This document shows positions 27,713 through 40,200 of a stretch of 64,000 nucleotides of DNA, in pieces. The DNA comes from Macrostomum lignano (lineage: Eukaryota). The stretch is taken from contig NIVC01003044.1 in assembly GCA_002269645.1 (NCBI GenBank), positions 1 through 64,000 on the forward strand, in the 5' to 3' direction. The notes below the pieces were generated by a model. The model did not search any database. It saw nothing but the letters and a program-made list of their open reading frames with translations, and was not told the DNA's origin. Every line of letters starts with the position of its first letter. Positions within the stretch are counted from its first letter, which is position 1. A program made the position numbers and the translations under genes.

Positions 27713-30700
27713 CAGAGCAGTCTAAGACTCCCTGTCCTCCGGCAGACCGCGGCAAGCCGATATCGGCGGAGGACGAGGCTGCGGCGCAGAGGATGTGTGC
27801 CACCACCGACCAGCCGGTGCAGCTGTCGCCGGCCACCCCGCTTGGCCAGCAGACGGTGACTCAGACACGGCAGTGCCAGCTGCAGTTGCAGGGCTACAAT
27901 TCTAACAACGGCATCCGTGATCAGAAAGCCTACGCTTTTGCTGGTGAGTTTTCCGCAAGGTTAACAAGATGACGCAGGTGTGTGCTCTGATGGAGAGATA
28001 TTTTCCTTTTAAAATAGGGACGCCAAACTAACGGTTGCCAAGGACGCTAAAGAACTGGCGCTTAGAGACGCCAAACTAACGGTTGCCAAGGACGCTAAAG
28101 AACTGGCGCTTAGAGACGCCAAACTTACGGTTGCCAAGGACGCTAACGAACTGATGCTTAGAGACGCCAAACTTACGGTTGCTAATGACGCTAAAGAACT
28201 GGCGCTTAGAGACGCCAAACTAACGGTTGCCAAGGACGCTAAAGAACTGGCGCTTAGAGACGCCAAACTTACGGTTGCCAAGGACGCTAACGAACTGATG
28301 CTTAGAGACGCCAAACTTACGGTTGCTAATGACGCTAAAGAACTGGCGCTTAGAGACGCCAAACTAACGGTTGCCAAGGACGCTAAAGAACTTGTGCTTA
28401 GAGACGCCAAACTAACGGTTGCCAAGGACGCTAAAGAACTGGCGCTTAGAGACGCCAAACTAACGGTTGCTATTGGACGCTAATGAGCCAATTCTCGGCG
28501 GGACAGAAAAGCCTCAGCGCGATAATCTGGGCAGGAAAAGTTCCTGTGGGAAAGTATCCCCAGACGGAGCATCCTGCTTTCCGTCTAGAAAACAATTTAG
28601 GCAATTAATTCCGCCGATCGCTAATGGATGAAGCGTGGCAGCTGAAAAGATCTAGAAGTCATCACTTGAGGGTATTTTCACTGGGAAGAATTAAGTACCT
28701 CAGGCGATGGGTCGCGTAGATTAGGGTAGATTAGGCTTTCTGTCTATCTCTATTTGCACCTCTCTGTATGATTCAGTTAAAGACCGCGGGTAGCATGCAT
28801 GCACTTCGCTTGCTTCCGTCTTTGCTGGACCCGTTAAAGATACAAATCACACTAATTATTGTGGATGGCGTGTGGGACTGGAAAGTGCGAAAGCTTTGTT
28901 GACGATAATTTTCGGCTATTCTCGCAGTTGCTGCTGCATATGGCAGTAGATAAAAGAGGGTAAGGGTGAGACAGTAGATATGAGAGAGTAGGGGTTAGAC
29001 AGTAGCTAGAGAGGTTAGAGGTGAGACAGTAGATAATGAAGGGTACAGTTGAGACAGTAGATAACAGAGGGTAGAGTGAGACAGTCGATAAAGAAGGGTA
29101 GATGTGAGACAGTAGATAGAAAGGGTAGAGGTGAGACAGTAGATAGAAAGGGTAAAGGTGAGACAGTAGATAGAAAGGGTAGGGTGAGACAGTAGATAGG
29201 AGAGAGTATGGGTGAGACAGTAGACAGAAAGGGTAGATGTGAGACAGTAGATAGAAACGGTAGGTTGAGACAGTAGACAGAGAGGGTAGAGTGAGACAGT
29301 CGATAAAGAAGGGTAGATGTGAGACAGTAGATAGAAAGGGTAGAGGTAAGACAGTAGATAGAAAGAGTAAAGGTGAGACAGTAGACAGAAAGGGTAGAGG
29401 TGAGACAGTAGACAGAAAAAGTAAAGGTGAGACAGTAGACAGAAAGGGTAGAGTGAGACAGTCGATAAAGAAGGGTAGATGTGAGACAGTAGATAGAAAG
29501 GGTAGTGGTAAGACAGTAGATAGAAAGAGTAAAGGTGAGACAGTAGACAGAAAGGGTAGAGGTGAGACAGTAGACAGAAAGAGTAAAGGTGAGACAGTAG
29601 ACAGAAAGGGTAGAGGTGAGACAGTAGATAGAAAGGGTAGGGTGAGACAGTAGATAGAAAGGGTAGAGGTGAGACAGTAGATAGAAACGGTAGGGTGAGA
29701 CAGTAGACAGAGAGGGTAGGGTGAGAAAGTTGATAGGAGAGAGTAGGGATGAGACAGTAGACAGAAAAGGTAGAGGTGAGACAGTAGATAGAAAGGGTAG
29801 CGTGAGACAGTAGATAGAAAGGGTAGAGGTGAGACAGTAGATAGAAACGGTAGGGTGAGACAGTAGACAGAGAGGGTAGGGTGAGACAGTCGATAAAGAA
29901 GGGTAGATGTGAGACAGTAGATAGAAAGGGTAGAGGTATGACAGTAGATAGAAAGAGTAAAGGTGAGACAGTAGATAGAAAGGGTAGGGTGAGACAGTAG
30001 ATAGGAGAGAGTATGGGTGAGACAGTAGATAGAAAGGGTAGCGTGAGACAGTAGATAGAAAGGGTAGAGGTGAGACAGTAGATAGAAACGGTAGGGTGAG
30101 ACAGTAGACAGAGAGGGTAGGGTGAGAAAGTTGATAGGAGAGAGTAGGGGTGAGACAGTAGACAGAGAGGGTAGGGTGAGACAGTAGATAGGAGAGAGTA
30201 TGGGTGAGACAGTAGACAGAAAGGGTAGCGTGAGACAGTAGATAGAAAGGGTAGCGTGAGACAGTAGATAGAAAGGGTAAAGGTCAGACAGTCAGACAGA
30301 GAGGGTAGGGTGAGACAGTAGATAGGAGAGAGTATGGGTGAGACAGTAGACAGAGAGGGTAGGGTGAGACAGTAGATAGAAAGGTTAGGGTGAGACAGTA
30401 GATAGAAAGTTTAGGGTGAGACAGTAGATAGAAAGGGTAGGGTGAGACAGTAGATAGAAAGGGTAGAGGTGAGACAGTAGATAGAAAGGGTAGGGTGAGA
30501 CAGTAGATAGAAAGTTTAGGGTGAGACAGTAGATAGAAAGGGTAGGGTGAGACAGTAGATAGAAAGGGTAGAGGTGAGACAGTAGATAGAAAGGGTAGGG
30601 TGAGACAGTAGATAGAAAGGGTAGGGTGAGGCAGTAGATACAGAAGGATTAGGTGAGAAAGTAGATGAAGAGGGTAGGGGTGAGAGACAGAGAGGATAGG

Positions 30701-31219
30701 GGTGAGACAGTAGATAAGAGAGAGTAGGGGTGAGACAGTAGATAGGGAAGCGATATACTTGTAAATGCAATTCAGTTAAACAGCTTGTGCGCTGAGTCAG
30801 TCAAGCCAGGAAGGAGCCGGTTAGACAGGGGGGACACAAGGAGAAGCTGATAAAATCACAAGTTAGGGATAGCTTATTTTTACAGGCACAAGCACAACTA
30901 ATACATGCAATATACAGCTTTCTACAAGACATCGTAAATGCCGGCCGTTTCAGACTGCACTCACAGCTTGACCCGCGATAACTGCATGGACTTGGCGTCA
31001 TCAGCAACTACTGGCAAGGATCGTCTGTGCGGCGGCGGCTACTCGACAATCCGCGGTCCAATGATCCCAATCAGTGAACTGCCCGGCTGCGTACCCGCAA
31101 GGGGCGGCTATCAGTACAATCATCACCATGGCAACCACGTGGGCTCTATGCCATACAGAGAGCCGGCTTCAGTGCACACGCTAACTACTAATGCAGCTAA
31201 TGCTACTACAATGATTTGA
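23056..31219 (+). CDS. Nrg: L1-family / neuroglian-like cell adhesion molecule (signal peptide, 6 Ig, 5 FnIII, TM, cytoplasmic tail), 5 coding exons, about 1402 aa
   Basis: Exons 23056-23134 (MMEPTKPSDVVSVLLLLTAMPNLVCT, signal-like; donor G|GTGAGT), 23351-25863, 26452-27604, 27746-27943 and 30954-31219. Phases are consistent and total 4209 nt. Six Ig domains show C...W...DxGxYxC patterns (DEGVYQCLAGNRFG, FSGYPTP, DAGRYKCLASNRFG, DSGVYSCNASN). FnIII motifs include YRFRVRAVNDVGPG, VRGFYRGFRIEW and YRVYIYART. TM segment TWLVCMSLILLVVAVFLLFMCFV is followed by RRRR. The last-exon acceptor (30953) is the least certain junction. Confidence 0.9.
26147..26420. repeat. 8-bp (CTACTCAG)n in L1-like intron 2
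   Basis: Direct reading. Confidence 0.96.
27614..27712. repeat. (CAGA)n in L1-like intron 3
   Basis: Direct reading. Confidence 0.96.
28015..28482. repeat. 48-bp minisatellite in L1-like intron 4
   Basis: 16-aa period in the pseudo-ORFs. Confidence 0.95.
28960..30745. repeat. About 26-bp purine-rich minisatellite (GAGACAGTAGATAGAAAGGGTAGGGT)
   Basis: Direct reading. Confidence 0.95.
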
Positions 31220-31799
31220 TCAATCTGCGTGGCTGTGTAATACAACGGCCATTCTTGGAACAAATCTAAAACGGCCCTTGTAAGGATGGTACAAAAACGG
31301 CCCTTTTAAAGAGGATACCAGAAACGATAACAAAACGGCCCTTTTAAGGACGATGACCCAAAAAACCATTTTAGGAGGTGAGGGGGAAAAGAAGAAAGTA
31401 ATATAATGGTCTTGAAAAGAGAATTCTTTGTTGGATATCATAGAAAGAGAATTACAAAGTCATTCCATAAAATTCATATACACCCACTGTATTTCTGTTT
31501 ATTTTTCAATGCATCCAGTAAAAAAATACTCATTGAAAGTTCAATCATACTACTCACAAGCCCCTCCCCCGAGTCAATGCGAGCATTGTGCAGTGCAAAC
31601 TAACTTAATTGTAACTTTGTAATTGTTTGTCAATGCGTTTTGTTGTTAGCTTCGCGTACCATACTTGTAAATTGTTGTAACATAATACACCCGTGCATTG
31701 ACCGTTTTGAACTGCATCGAAGTTGTCTTTTATTATCCGCTAGTCCTGTTCCAATATCACAGTTAAGAGCATGAAAAAGACAACCCCTTATTTGTAACT

Positions 31800-32024
31800 T
31801 AATAATAATAATAATTGATTGCACCTGCCCTTAATTGGGGCACATGTGCAACCGACAGCTCAGCCGCAGCTATGTCCAAGAACGGGGGGGGGTCGCCACA
31901 CACCCTCAATTATCCCAGCTATTGCTGGCATCCATTTTACAGCTGGGTGAACTGAAACAATGCAGAGTTAAGTGTCTTGCTCAAGGACACAAATTATTTC
32001 CAGTGGGTCGAACCCCCGACCTTT
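31800..32024 (-). mobile_element. Second copy of the same SINE, 5'-truncated, with (TTA)n tail
   Basis: B box GGTTCGACCCAC (32014-32003), the same CORE-like block (31990-31932), a shared GTGTGTGGCGACCCCCC segment, and an (ATT)n tail at 31815-31800. Confidence 0.75.
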
Positions 32025-32644
32025 CTACCTTGAAATAAATAAACAATAGAAATAAAACAATTGTTTTAATTGACCAAGCAAGAGTTTATAATAGTTTTTT
32101 TGCCATTTTACTAATATAATTAAACCAAACAAGTGACAAATACAAACTACATTGAATTTTATAATTGCCAAAAGCAAACATCGCACACACACAGCAGGAG
32201 TGGAAAGCGGGCGGGTTGTGCGGGACAGAGTCAAATGCCAGTAGTATATTACTTATAAGTAGCATAGCTGGATCATTCAATCCTGCTATGTTTCGACGGA
32301 TTTTAAACATAACCAACAGTATACGGAAACTGCTGTACAGTTTTTAATCTGGGAGTGGGCTTTGCAACAAAAAAGCACAAAGAAAACGGTACATACTACT
32401 TACTATAAACGTTAATGCATCAAACAGATATGCGTTAACATCATATACACTTAAATACGATGTATACATAACAATGTGTATTATACTGCAACAATGCCGC
32501 TATAATGCAATTTACACATCAAATCAATTTTTAATATGCTGCTTATAGTAGTATTCATGCCACAATGGAGTAGCACTGATAAGCCACATCTAATCATTAG
32601 TTTATCACATATCGAATTACTATCTACGAGTACCCCATATTTAA

Positions 32645-32915
32645 TCAGTATCTATCATATATCTAATCATTATCTATCCCATATATCTAATCATTAACTA
32701 TCTCATATGTCTAGTCATTATCTATCCCATATATCTAATTATTATCTATCCCATATATCTAATCATTATCTATCCCATATATCTAATCATTATCTATCCC
32801 ATATATCTAATCATTATCTATCCCATATATCTAATCATTATCTATCCCATATATCTAATCATTATCTATCCCATATATGTAATTATTATCTATCATATAT
32901 ATCTAATCATTATCG
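32645..32915. repeat. 24-bp minisatellite (TATCTAATCATTATCTATCCCATA)
   Basis: Direct reading. Confidence 0.93.
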
Positions 32916-33584
32916 ATCCCCAAATCTACTTACTATGAATCTTGTATCTCATAATTAATACACCACCTCCTATGATACACAAGATGGCAAGTTATTTACA
33001 AAAAATGTAACTTTCTCACTACAGTGAACAAGTACCAGTTAATATAAAAAATTTCTACCTTAATTTTTGGAAAAATGGGATTTTAGGTTGACTAACACAG
33101 GGCTGCAGGCACGCAAGTATATGGAATATAATTGAAAAAAAACGAAATTAAGCCGGAGAAAGGAATAACAGAGTTGAAACAAATAATAAAACAATTTAAG
33201 TGACTGCAATTAGTGATTCAATAAAAATGGCTAGCTAGATAGGAACAGGGAACATAATGAAGAAAATAAAATAAATTTGTTTTCCCAAACAACTTTCAAA
33301 CTTTACTAAACGCAAAGATTATTAAGAAACAACGCGCAAAAATAAATCTGCACATTTCAAACTTAAAGACTACTCACAAGTAGAAACGAAGGAAAACACA
33401 TATTCTACACAATCAGTGGTACGAGCGTAGTTAGGCAAATGTTTTAAAAAAATGATTGATAATAAACAATGAAATTATTAATTTATTCAGTAGAAAGAGG
33501 CACGAATTAAAAAACTCAAATGTCGAATGTCGGATAAAGTCCTATTGATCCCCTGGTTAAAATTTAATTTCATAACCTATCAGT

Positions 33585-34040
33585 ATGCTATTTCCAAAAT
33601 CTATCAATGTGCCATTTCCCAATCTATCAATATGCCATTTCCCAATCTATCAATATGCCATTTCCCAATCTATATCAATATGCCATTTCGCAATCTATCA
33701 ATATGCCATTTCGCAATCTATCAATATGCCATTTCCCAATCTATCAATATGCCATTTCCAAAATCTATCAATATGCCATTTCCCAATCTATCAATATGCC
33801 ATTTCCCAAATCTATCAATATGCCATTTCCCAAATCTATCAATATGCCATTTCCCAATCTATCAATATGCCATTTCTTAATCTATTAATACGTCATTTCT
33901 CAAATCTATCAATATGCCATTTCTTAATCTATTAATACGTCATTTCTCAAATCTATCAATATGCCATTTCTTAATCTATTAATACGTCATTTCTCAAATC
34001 TATCAATATGCCATTTCCCACATCTATCAATATGCCATTT
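33585..34040. repeat. 23-bp minisatellite (ATCTATCAATATGCCATTTCCCA), in or near the PAN3 3' UTR
   Basis: Direct reading. Confidence 0.93.
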
Positions 34041-34239
34041 TCCTACCTATTACAACAGACACCAATACAGCACAGCAAGACAGACAATATTAAATAATAA
34101 TGTTAATTAATTAACAAACAGAAATTTACATTGAAGCACACAGTACAAGCACACAAGGGTTAGTGATCGAGGCGCTACAGAGTGTCTGTAATGTTAAATT
34201 ACTATATATAACAGGTAATGCAATACTAGCATACGAACG

Positions 34240-37200
34240 CTACACGTCGCCCCCCTGATACAGGGCGGTGGCTGACGGGTACTCGCTGGCTACAGCCGCG
34301 GCAGCGGCGGCGGCAGCGGCAGCAACAGCAGAATTGTCGCCATAGTAACCAGGCGGCTGCTGCTGCTGCTGAGCCATGCCGTCCTCCATCTGTTTAATCA
34401 GCTCGACGCAGCTGTCGTCCAGCCAGCGTTTCAATTCGGCGTAGGTTACCAGCATGATGTTCTGGGAGTCGCGCGACACCAGGCACACTCGCTGCTGCGA
34501 CCCCATGTCCAGCTGGGTTGGGGTGAGCGAATAAACAATTGGTCAATAATAATCCAACTAAACTGCCGCTGATTAGGTAGGAAACCACCTTTTCTAAGAA
34601 ACATACACTGCAATTTCTAGGAAACAAAATCTGACCTTTCTCTGAAACGGAATACTGCTTTATTTGAAGCCACTTTCTAAGAAACAGAACCCACCGTTTC
34701 TAGGAAACAGAAAGTACCATTTCTGCGAAAAATAAAGTGCAATTTAAAAAATAGAAACTGTTATATCTATGAAACAAATACTACCAATTCTAGGAAAATA
34801 GAGACAGCCATTTCTAAGAAACAGAGCCCACAGATTAATAAAATAAATAGATGGGCCACTCAGGCATATATACTTAGTAAAACAGCTTTCGACTTTCAGT
34901 TCAGTAGCAAAGAAGAATACATAAGCTATTTCATAAGAATAAAGCCAGCTGAAATGACTTTGATAAGTTTAGAAGCCCAAGTTTGCAGGCGTAAACAGCT
35001 TGCTAATTGGTTCAGCAATAATGTACATTAGCCAGTCCACTGAAATGTACATGGCAGCTTTAAGCTGGAATTCCGAGAAAGGCAATAAAAATTGGGGCTT
35101 GGCGGGGGGGGGGTAGTGTGGAAAGGCGCGGTTGGAAGGTTTAAGCTGGGACCTGGGGGTAAAAACCAATAAATGTCTTGGCTTTAAAAATACTGATTAG
35201 ATTAAATTGAAAGTGATAGATTAAAATGCTTCTGTTTAACTTACTACTGAACTGAAAGTAGCTTACACGCAAATATTTTCTGAGAAAAAAACGCATTTTC
35301 TCAGAAACGGAAACCCGCTTTATTTGGAAATACCATTTCTGCGAAAGAGAAAGTGCAATTTAAAAAACTGTCATTTCTATGAAACAAAATCTGTCATTTC
35401 TATGAAACAAAATCTGCCATTTCTAGGAAACAAAAACAGCCAATTTTGAAAAGAAGACACTACGAATTTTCTAAGAAACAGTCGTCACCCTTTCTAAGAA
35501 ACAGAAGCTACCATTTATGATAAAGAATAACTATCTTTTCGGATCAATCCTAAACAAACGACTCGTTTATATATCCATTCCAGGAAACAGAAACGGTCGT
35601 TTCTAAGAAACAAAATCAACCTTTTCTTGGAAACAGAATCTATTGAACTCAGAAAACAATAAAACTGTCATTTCTTTAAGAAAGTTCCAATTCTGAACCG
35701 CGACAAAAACACAAACAAACAAACAAACAAGCATTACAAACCCGTTGCAAACAGCTGACAATGTGAGCCAGGTCAATCCAAGGATAGGCAACGCTGGGGT
35801 CGGTCTGGTGAAAGACGAAATCGCGGAAAAGTTTCAGCATGTACCGATCGCCAGTCTCGGCCCAGGCCGGATCTGCCGGCAGCTCCCGCTCGCAGACAGT
35901 GTTCAGCTTGCTGGCCAGCCTGAATAAGCGGCCGTTTTCTAATTGTTTGGTCAGTTGAGCTTCCAGAAAGTCCACGCGCTGCTGCGACTCGCACAGGTGA
36001 TCGAAAAATCGGGCACCAATTGCGGGCATCACGTCGTAGATTGATCTGAGTGGGCGGCGAGACACTCTGTAGCTGATTGGGTCACTCTGTAGCTGATTGT
36101 GTCACTCTGTAGCTGATTGTGTCACTCTGTAGCTGATTGTGTCACTCTGTAGCTGATTGGGTCAACCTGTAGCTGATTGGGTCACTCTGTAGCTGATTGG
36201 GTCACTCTGTAGCTGATTGGGTCACTCTGTAGCTGATTGTGTCACTCTGTAGCTGATTGTGTCACTCTGTAGCTGATTGTGTCACTCTGTAGCTGATTGG
36301 GTCAACCTGTAGCTGATTGGGTCACTCTGTAGCTGATTGGGTCACTCTGTAGCTGATTGGGTCACTCTGTAGCTGATTGGGTCACTCTGTAGCTGATTGG
36401 GTCACTCTGTAGCTGATTGGGTCACTCTAGCTTATTGGGTTACTCTGTACCTAATTGGGTCACTCTGTAGCTGATTGGGTCACTCACTCTGTAGATGGTT
36501 TGGGTCACTCACTCTGTAGATGGTTTGGGTCACTCTGTAGCTGATTGCGCCAACCTGTAGCTGATTGGGTCACTCTATAGCTGATTGGGTCACTCTGTAG
36601 CTGATTGGGTCACTCTGTAGCTGATTGGGTCACTCTGTAGCTGATTGGGTCACTCTACATATAGCTGATTGGGTCTCTCTGTAGCTGATTGGGTCACTCT
36701 ACATATAGCTGATTGGGTCACTCTGTAGATGGTTTGGGTCACTCTGTAGATGGTTTGGGTCACTCTGTACCCCATTTAACACACAGTAGAGTGGAAAAAA
36801 CACAATGCCAAGCTACAAACCTGCTCAAACCATAAATTAGCTGCCTTATAACCGAGGCCAGATCTTTCGAATAGGCCCTAGTAATGAGTTCAATTGACGT
36901 ATTCAAATCTTGCAAAGCAACAGTAGTACCACAGGACAATACAAGCAATAATTTTCCCAGGTCAACCAAATCCTGCTGTTTAGCCTTGACTAATTCCTCT
37001 TCAGCTTGGGCTGGATCACTGAAACTGGCGCCAATAGCGCCTAGAATTTCTCTGGCGCCCAGACAGTTCACTCGCAGTCTTGGCCGCTGCTGTTGACCAG
37101 CTCTAGAAGCTTCCACATCGATAATTATCTTAGACGGGTCCAACAGTCGGACAGCCCGACTGTGCCTGGCGTGACAGGCCCTGACAGCACTGGCTAGCTG

Positions 37201-40200
37201 CAGCAGCATGTGCCACACAATCGCTTCGGATTGAACGTGCGATTGCGAACGAGATTTAATAGACGATATCGGCCGGGCTTGACCGTCGATATTGAAGGGA
37301 GAATTGAAACCGTTCACTTTTAACGGGTCAGAGCAGTGAGACGATAGCAGGGTGGTGCTGCCGGGGAAGAAGTCCGTTACTAGGCAAACCTGGGATCGGG
37401 GATGGGAATGTGCGGAGAGCATGCTGGTTATCAAGGGGTCCTCGAACAATAATAAGAGAATGAGAGAAGAAAGGGGGGAGAGGAAGACAGGATGTAGGAA
37501 GCTGGGGATATGGAGCTGAAGAGTCCAGGGATCGTGGGAGAGATATAGATAAGAGAAGAAGATAGAAGAAAGGTAGAGTAGGGAGAGAGATGAGAAGGGT
37601 AGAGGGATATGAGAGGGGATCGATAGAGATAAGAAGAAAGGGAGATGAGAGCAGCAGAGATGAGAGGGCGAGAGAGAGGGGAGAGGAGAGAGGGAGAAGA
37701 GAGCTTAGAGAGAGAAAGAAGAGAGGTGATAGAGGGAGATGAGAGCAGTAACACGAGATAAGAGGGGGAGAGAGGGAAATGAGAGGGGGGGGAGGGAGAA
37801 AAAAGAGAGCAGTAGAGGAGATTAGGGGAGAGAGGGAGAAGAGAGCAGTACAGATGAGGGGGGAGAGGGAGATGAGAGAGGAGAGAGGGTTAAGAGACGT
37901 GAGATAGGGATAAGAGAGGTGAGAGGGAGAAGAGAGCAGTAGAGATGAGAGAGGAAGAGATCAGTAGAGATGAGAGAGGAAGAGAGCAGTAGAGATGAGA
38001 GAGGAAGAGAGCAGTAGAGATGAGAGAGGAAGAGAGCAGTAGAGATGAGAGAGGAAGAGAGCAGTAGAGATGAGAGAGGAAGAGAGCAGTAGAGATGAGA
38101 GAGGAAGAGAGCAGTAGAGATGAGAGAGGAAGAGAGCAGTAGAGATGAGAGAGGAAGAGAGCAGTAGAGATGAGAGAGGAAGAGAGCAGTAGAGATGAGA
38201 GAGGAAGAGAGCAGTAGAGATGAGAGAGGAAGAGAGCAGTAGAGATGAGAGAGGAAGAGAGCAGTAGAGATGAGAGAGGAAGAGAGCAGTAGAGATGAGA
38301 GAGGAAGAGAGCAGTAGAGATGAGAGAGGAAGAGAGCAGTAGAGATGAGAGAGGAAGAGAGCAGTAGAGATGAGAGAGGAAGAGAGCAGTAGAGATGAGA
38401 GAGGAAGAGAGCAGTAGAGATGAGAGAAGAAGAGAGCAGTAGAGATGAGAGAGGAAGAGATCAGTAGAGATGAGAGAGGAAGAGAGCAGTAGAGATGAGA
38501 GAGGAAGAGAGCAGTAGAGATGAGAGAGGAAGAGAGCAGTAGAGATGAGAGAGGAAGAGAGCAGTAGAGATGAGAGAGGAAGAGAGCAGTAGAGATGAGA
38601 GAGGAAGAGAGCAGTAGAGATGAGAGAGGAAGAGAGCAACAGAGACAGCAGACACAGCAGACCAAAATGCCAGAAGAAGCAAGCCAGCAAATTACCGAAT
38701 CGTCTCCAAACGCATCTGTGGCAAAGACGTGGCGCACCGGCACCAGATGAGGATGCTCCAGTTTGCGCAGCGACTCCAGCTGCTGGCCAACTAGCCTAGC
38801 TTGCATCTGGCCAACTCCAACAAATCGTCTCAGCATAACCCAGGTCTGATCCTTGCCATTGAACGCTTTATAGCACAGGCTGGGCAATCCGAAAGTGCCA
38901 GACCGTTTCAACTGAGTCTCCAAGGGTGCCAGCTGCTCGTAGTGCAGCAGAGCCGGCGGCAAAGTCGCCGACAGTTGAGCATCGGGAACAATCAGCGCGA
39001 AGTGAATCCGACTTAGAAGGCTGCGCCTCAACTCGGCGTCCATATAAGTGACACCGTCGCCGCGTTCGGTGAACTGCGAGAATTCACCGGCCGGTAACTG
39101 GGCATACCAGCTGGGCGAGGTCAGTTTGCCGGCGCTTTGCATTTTTTTCACTTCGTCCAGATTGTTGGCGTCGTAGAAACTGGTGCCGGCTACGAGTGAC
39201 GCCGTTTGAGATCGATTGGCCGCTGCGGTTGCTGCCGCTGATATGGCCTTTCATTCGTGTAGGATGAGTTTCATATCGCTATTTGCCTAACGGCAAGCCT
39301 AACCTTAGTGGGGATTCCCCTATTGCGATGCTGGCTGGCATTCCTTCATTGGTTTTTTGGATTAGAAAGAATCCTTTTTGGTAAATGGAAATTTCCCTTA
39401 GTTGATGTTTTAGGGAATCCACTTTTATTGGGTAAGATACTATTTTGAGGGACTTCCGGGAATCCCCCTTCATTGGGTGGTATTTTCCTTAATTGATATT
39501 GAGGGAATTCCCCGTTATTTGGTGGGATTTTCCTTAGTTGATATTGAGGGAATCCCCCGATATTTGGTGGGAGTCCCCTTAGTTAATATTGAGGTAATCC
39601 CCCGTTATTTGGTGGGAATTTCCTTAGTTGATATTGACATAAACCCCCGTTATTTGGTGGGACCCCCCTTAGTTAATATTAAGGGAATTCCCCGCTATTT
39701 GGTGGAATTTTCCTTAGTTGATATTGAGGTAATCCCCAGTTATTTGGTGGGATTCCCCTTATTTTATATTGAGGGAATTCCCCGCTATTTGGTGGAATTT
39801 TCCTTAGTTGATATTGAGGTAATCCCCAGTTATTTGGTGGGATTCCCCTTATTTTATATTGAGGGAATTCCCCTTCATTGGGTGAGATTTCCGATAGTTT
39901 ATATTGAGGGAATCCCGGAAATCCCCCTTGATTGGGTGGGATTTCCCTTAGTTTATATTGAAGGAATCCTATCAAAAAGCAGAATTTTGAGAATGGGTGC
40001 AATATTCCAAAATGGAATCTAAGAAATTCTGCTATTTGTAAAATTTAGCAAGTTATTTTCTAGCTCTTACGTGCTGCCCAGTGATTAGGCTGCGCGAGTG
40101 CTGCGGCGTCATGCCCATGCCGTGCATTCGAACGCCAAGCGCCGCCGCCGCAGTCGCGCCGCTATTGCTGGCGTACTGCGTCTGCGACTGCCCTGTGGCA

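Noticed and set aside
37961-38695. C-terminal half of the 396-aa PAN3 ORF in the track
   Set aside because: It is read-through past the GTAATT donor at 38695 into the 25-bp repeat.
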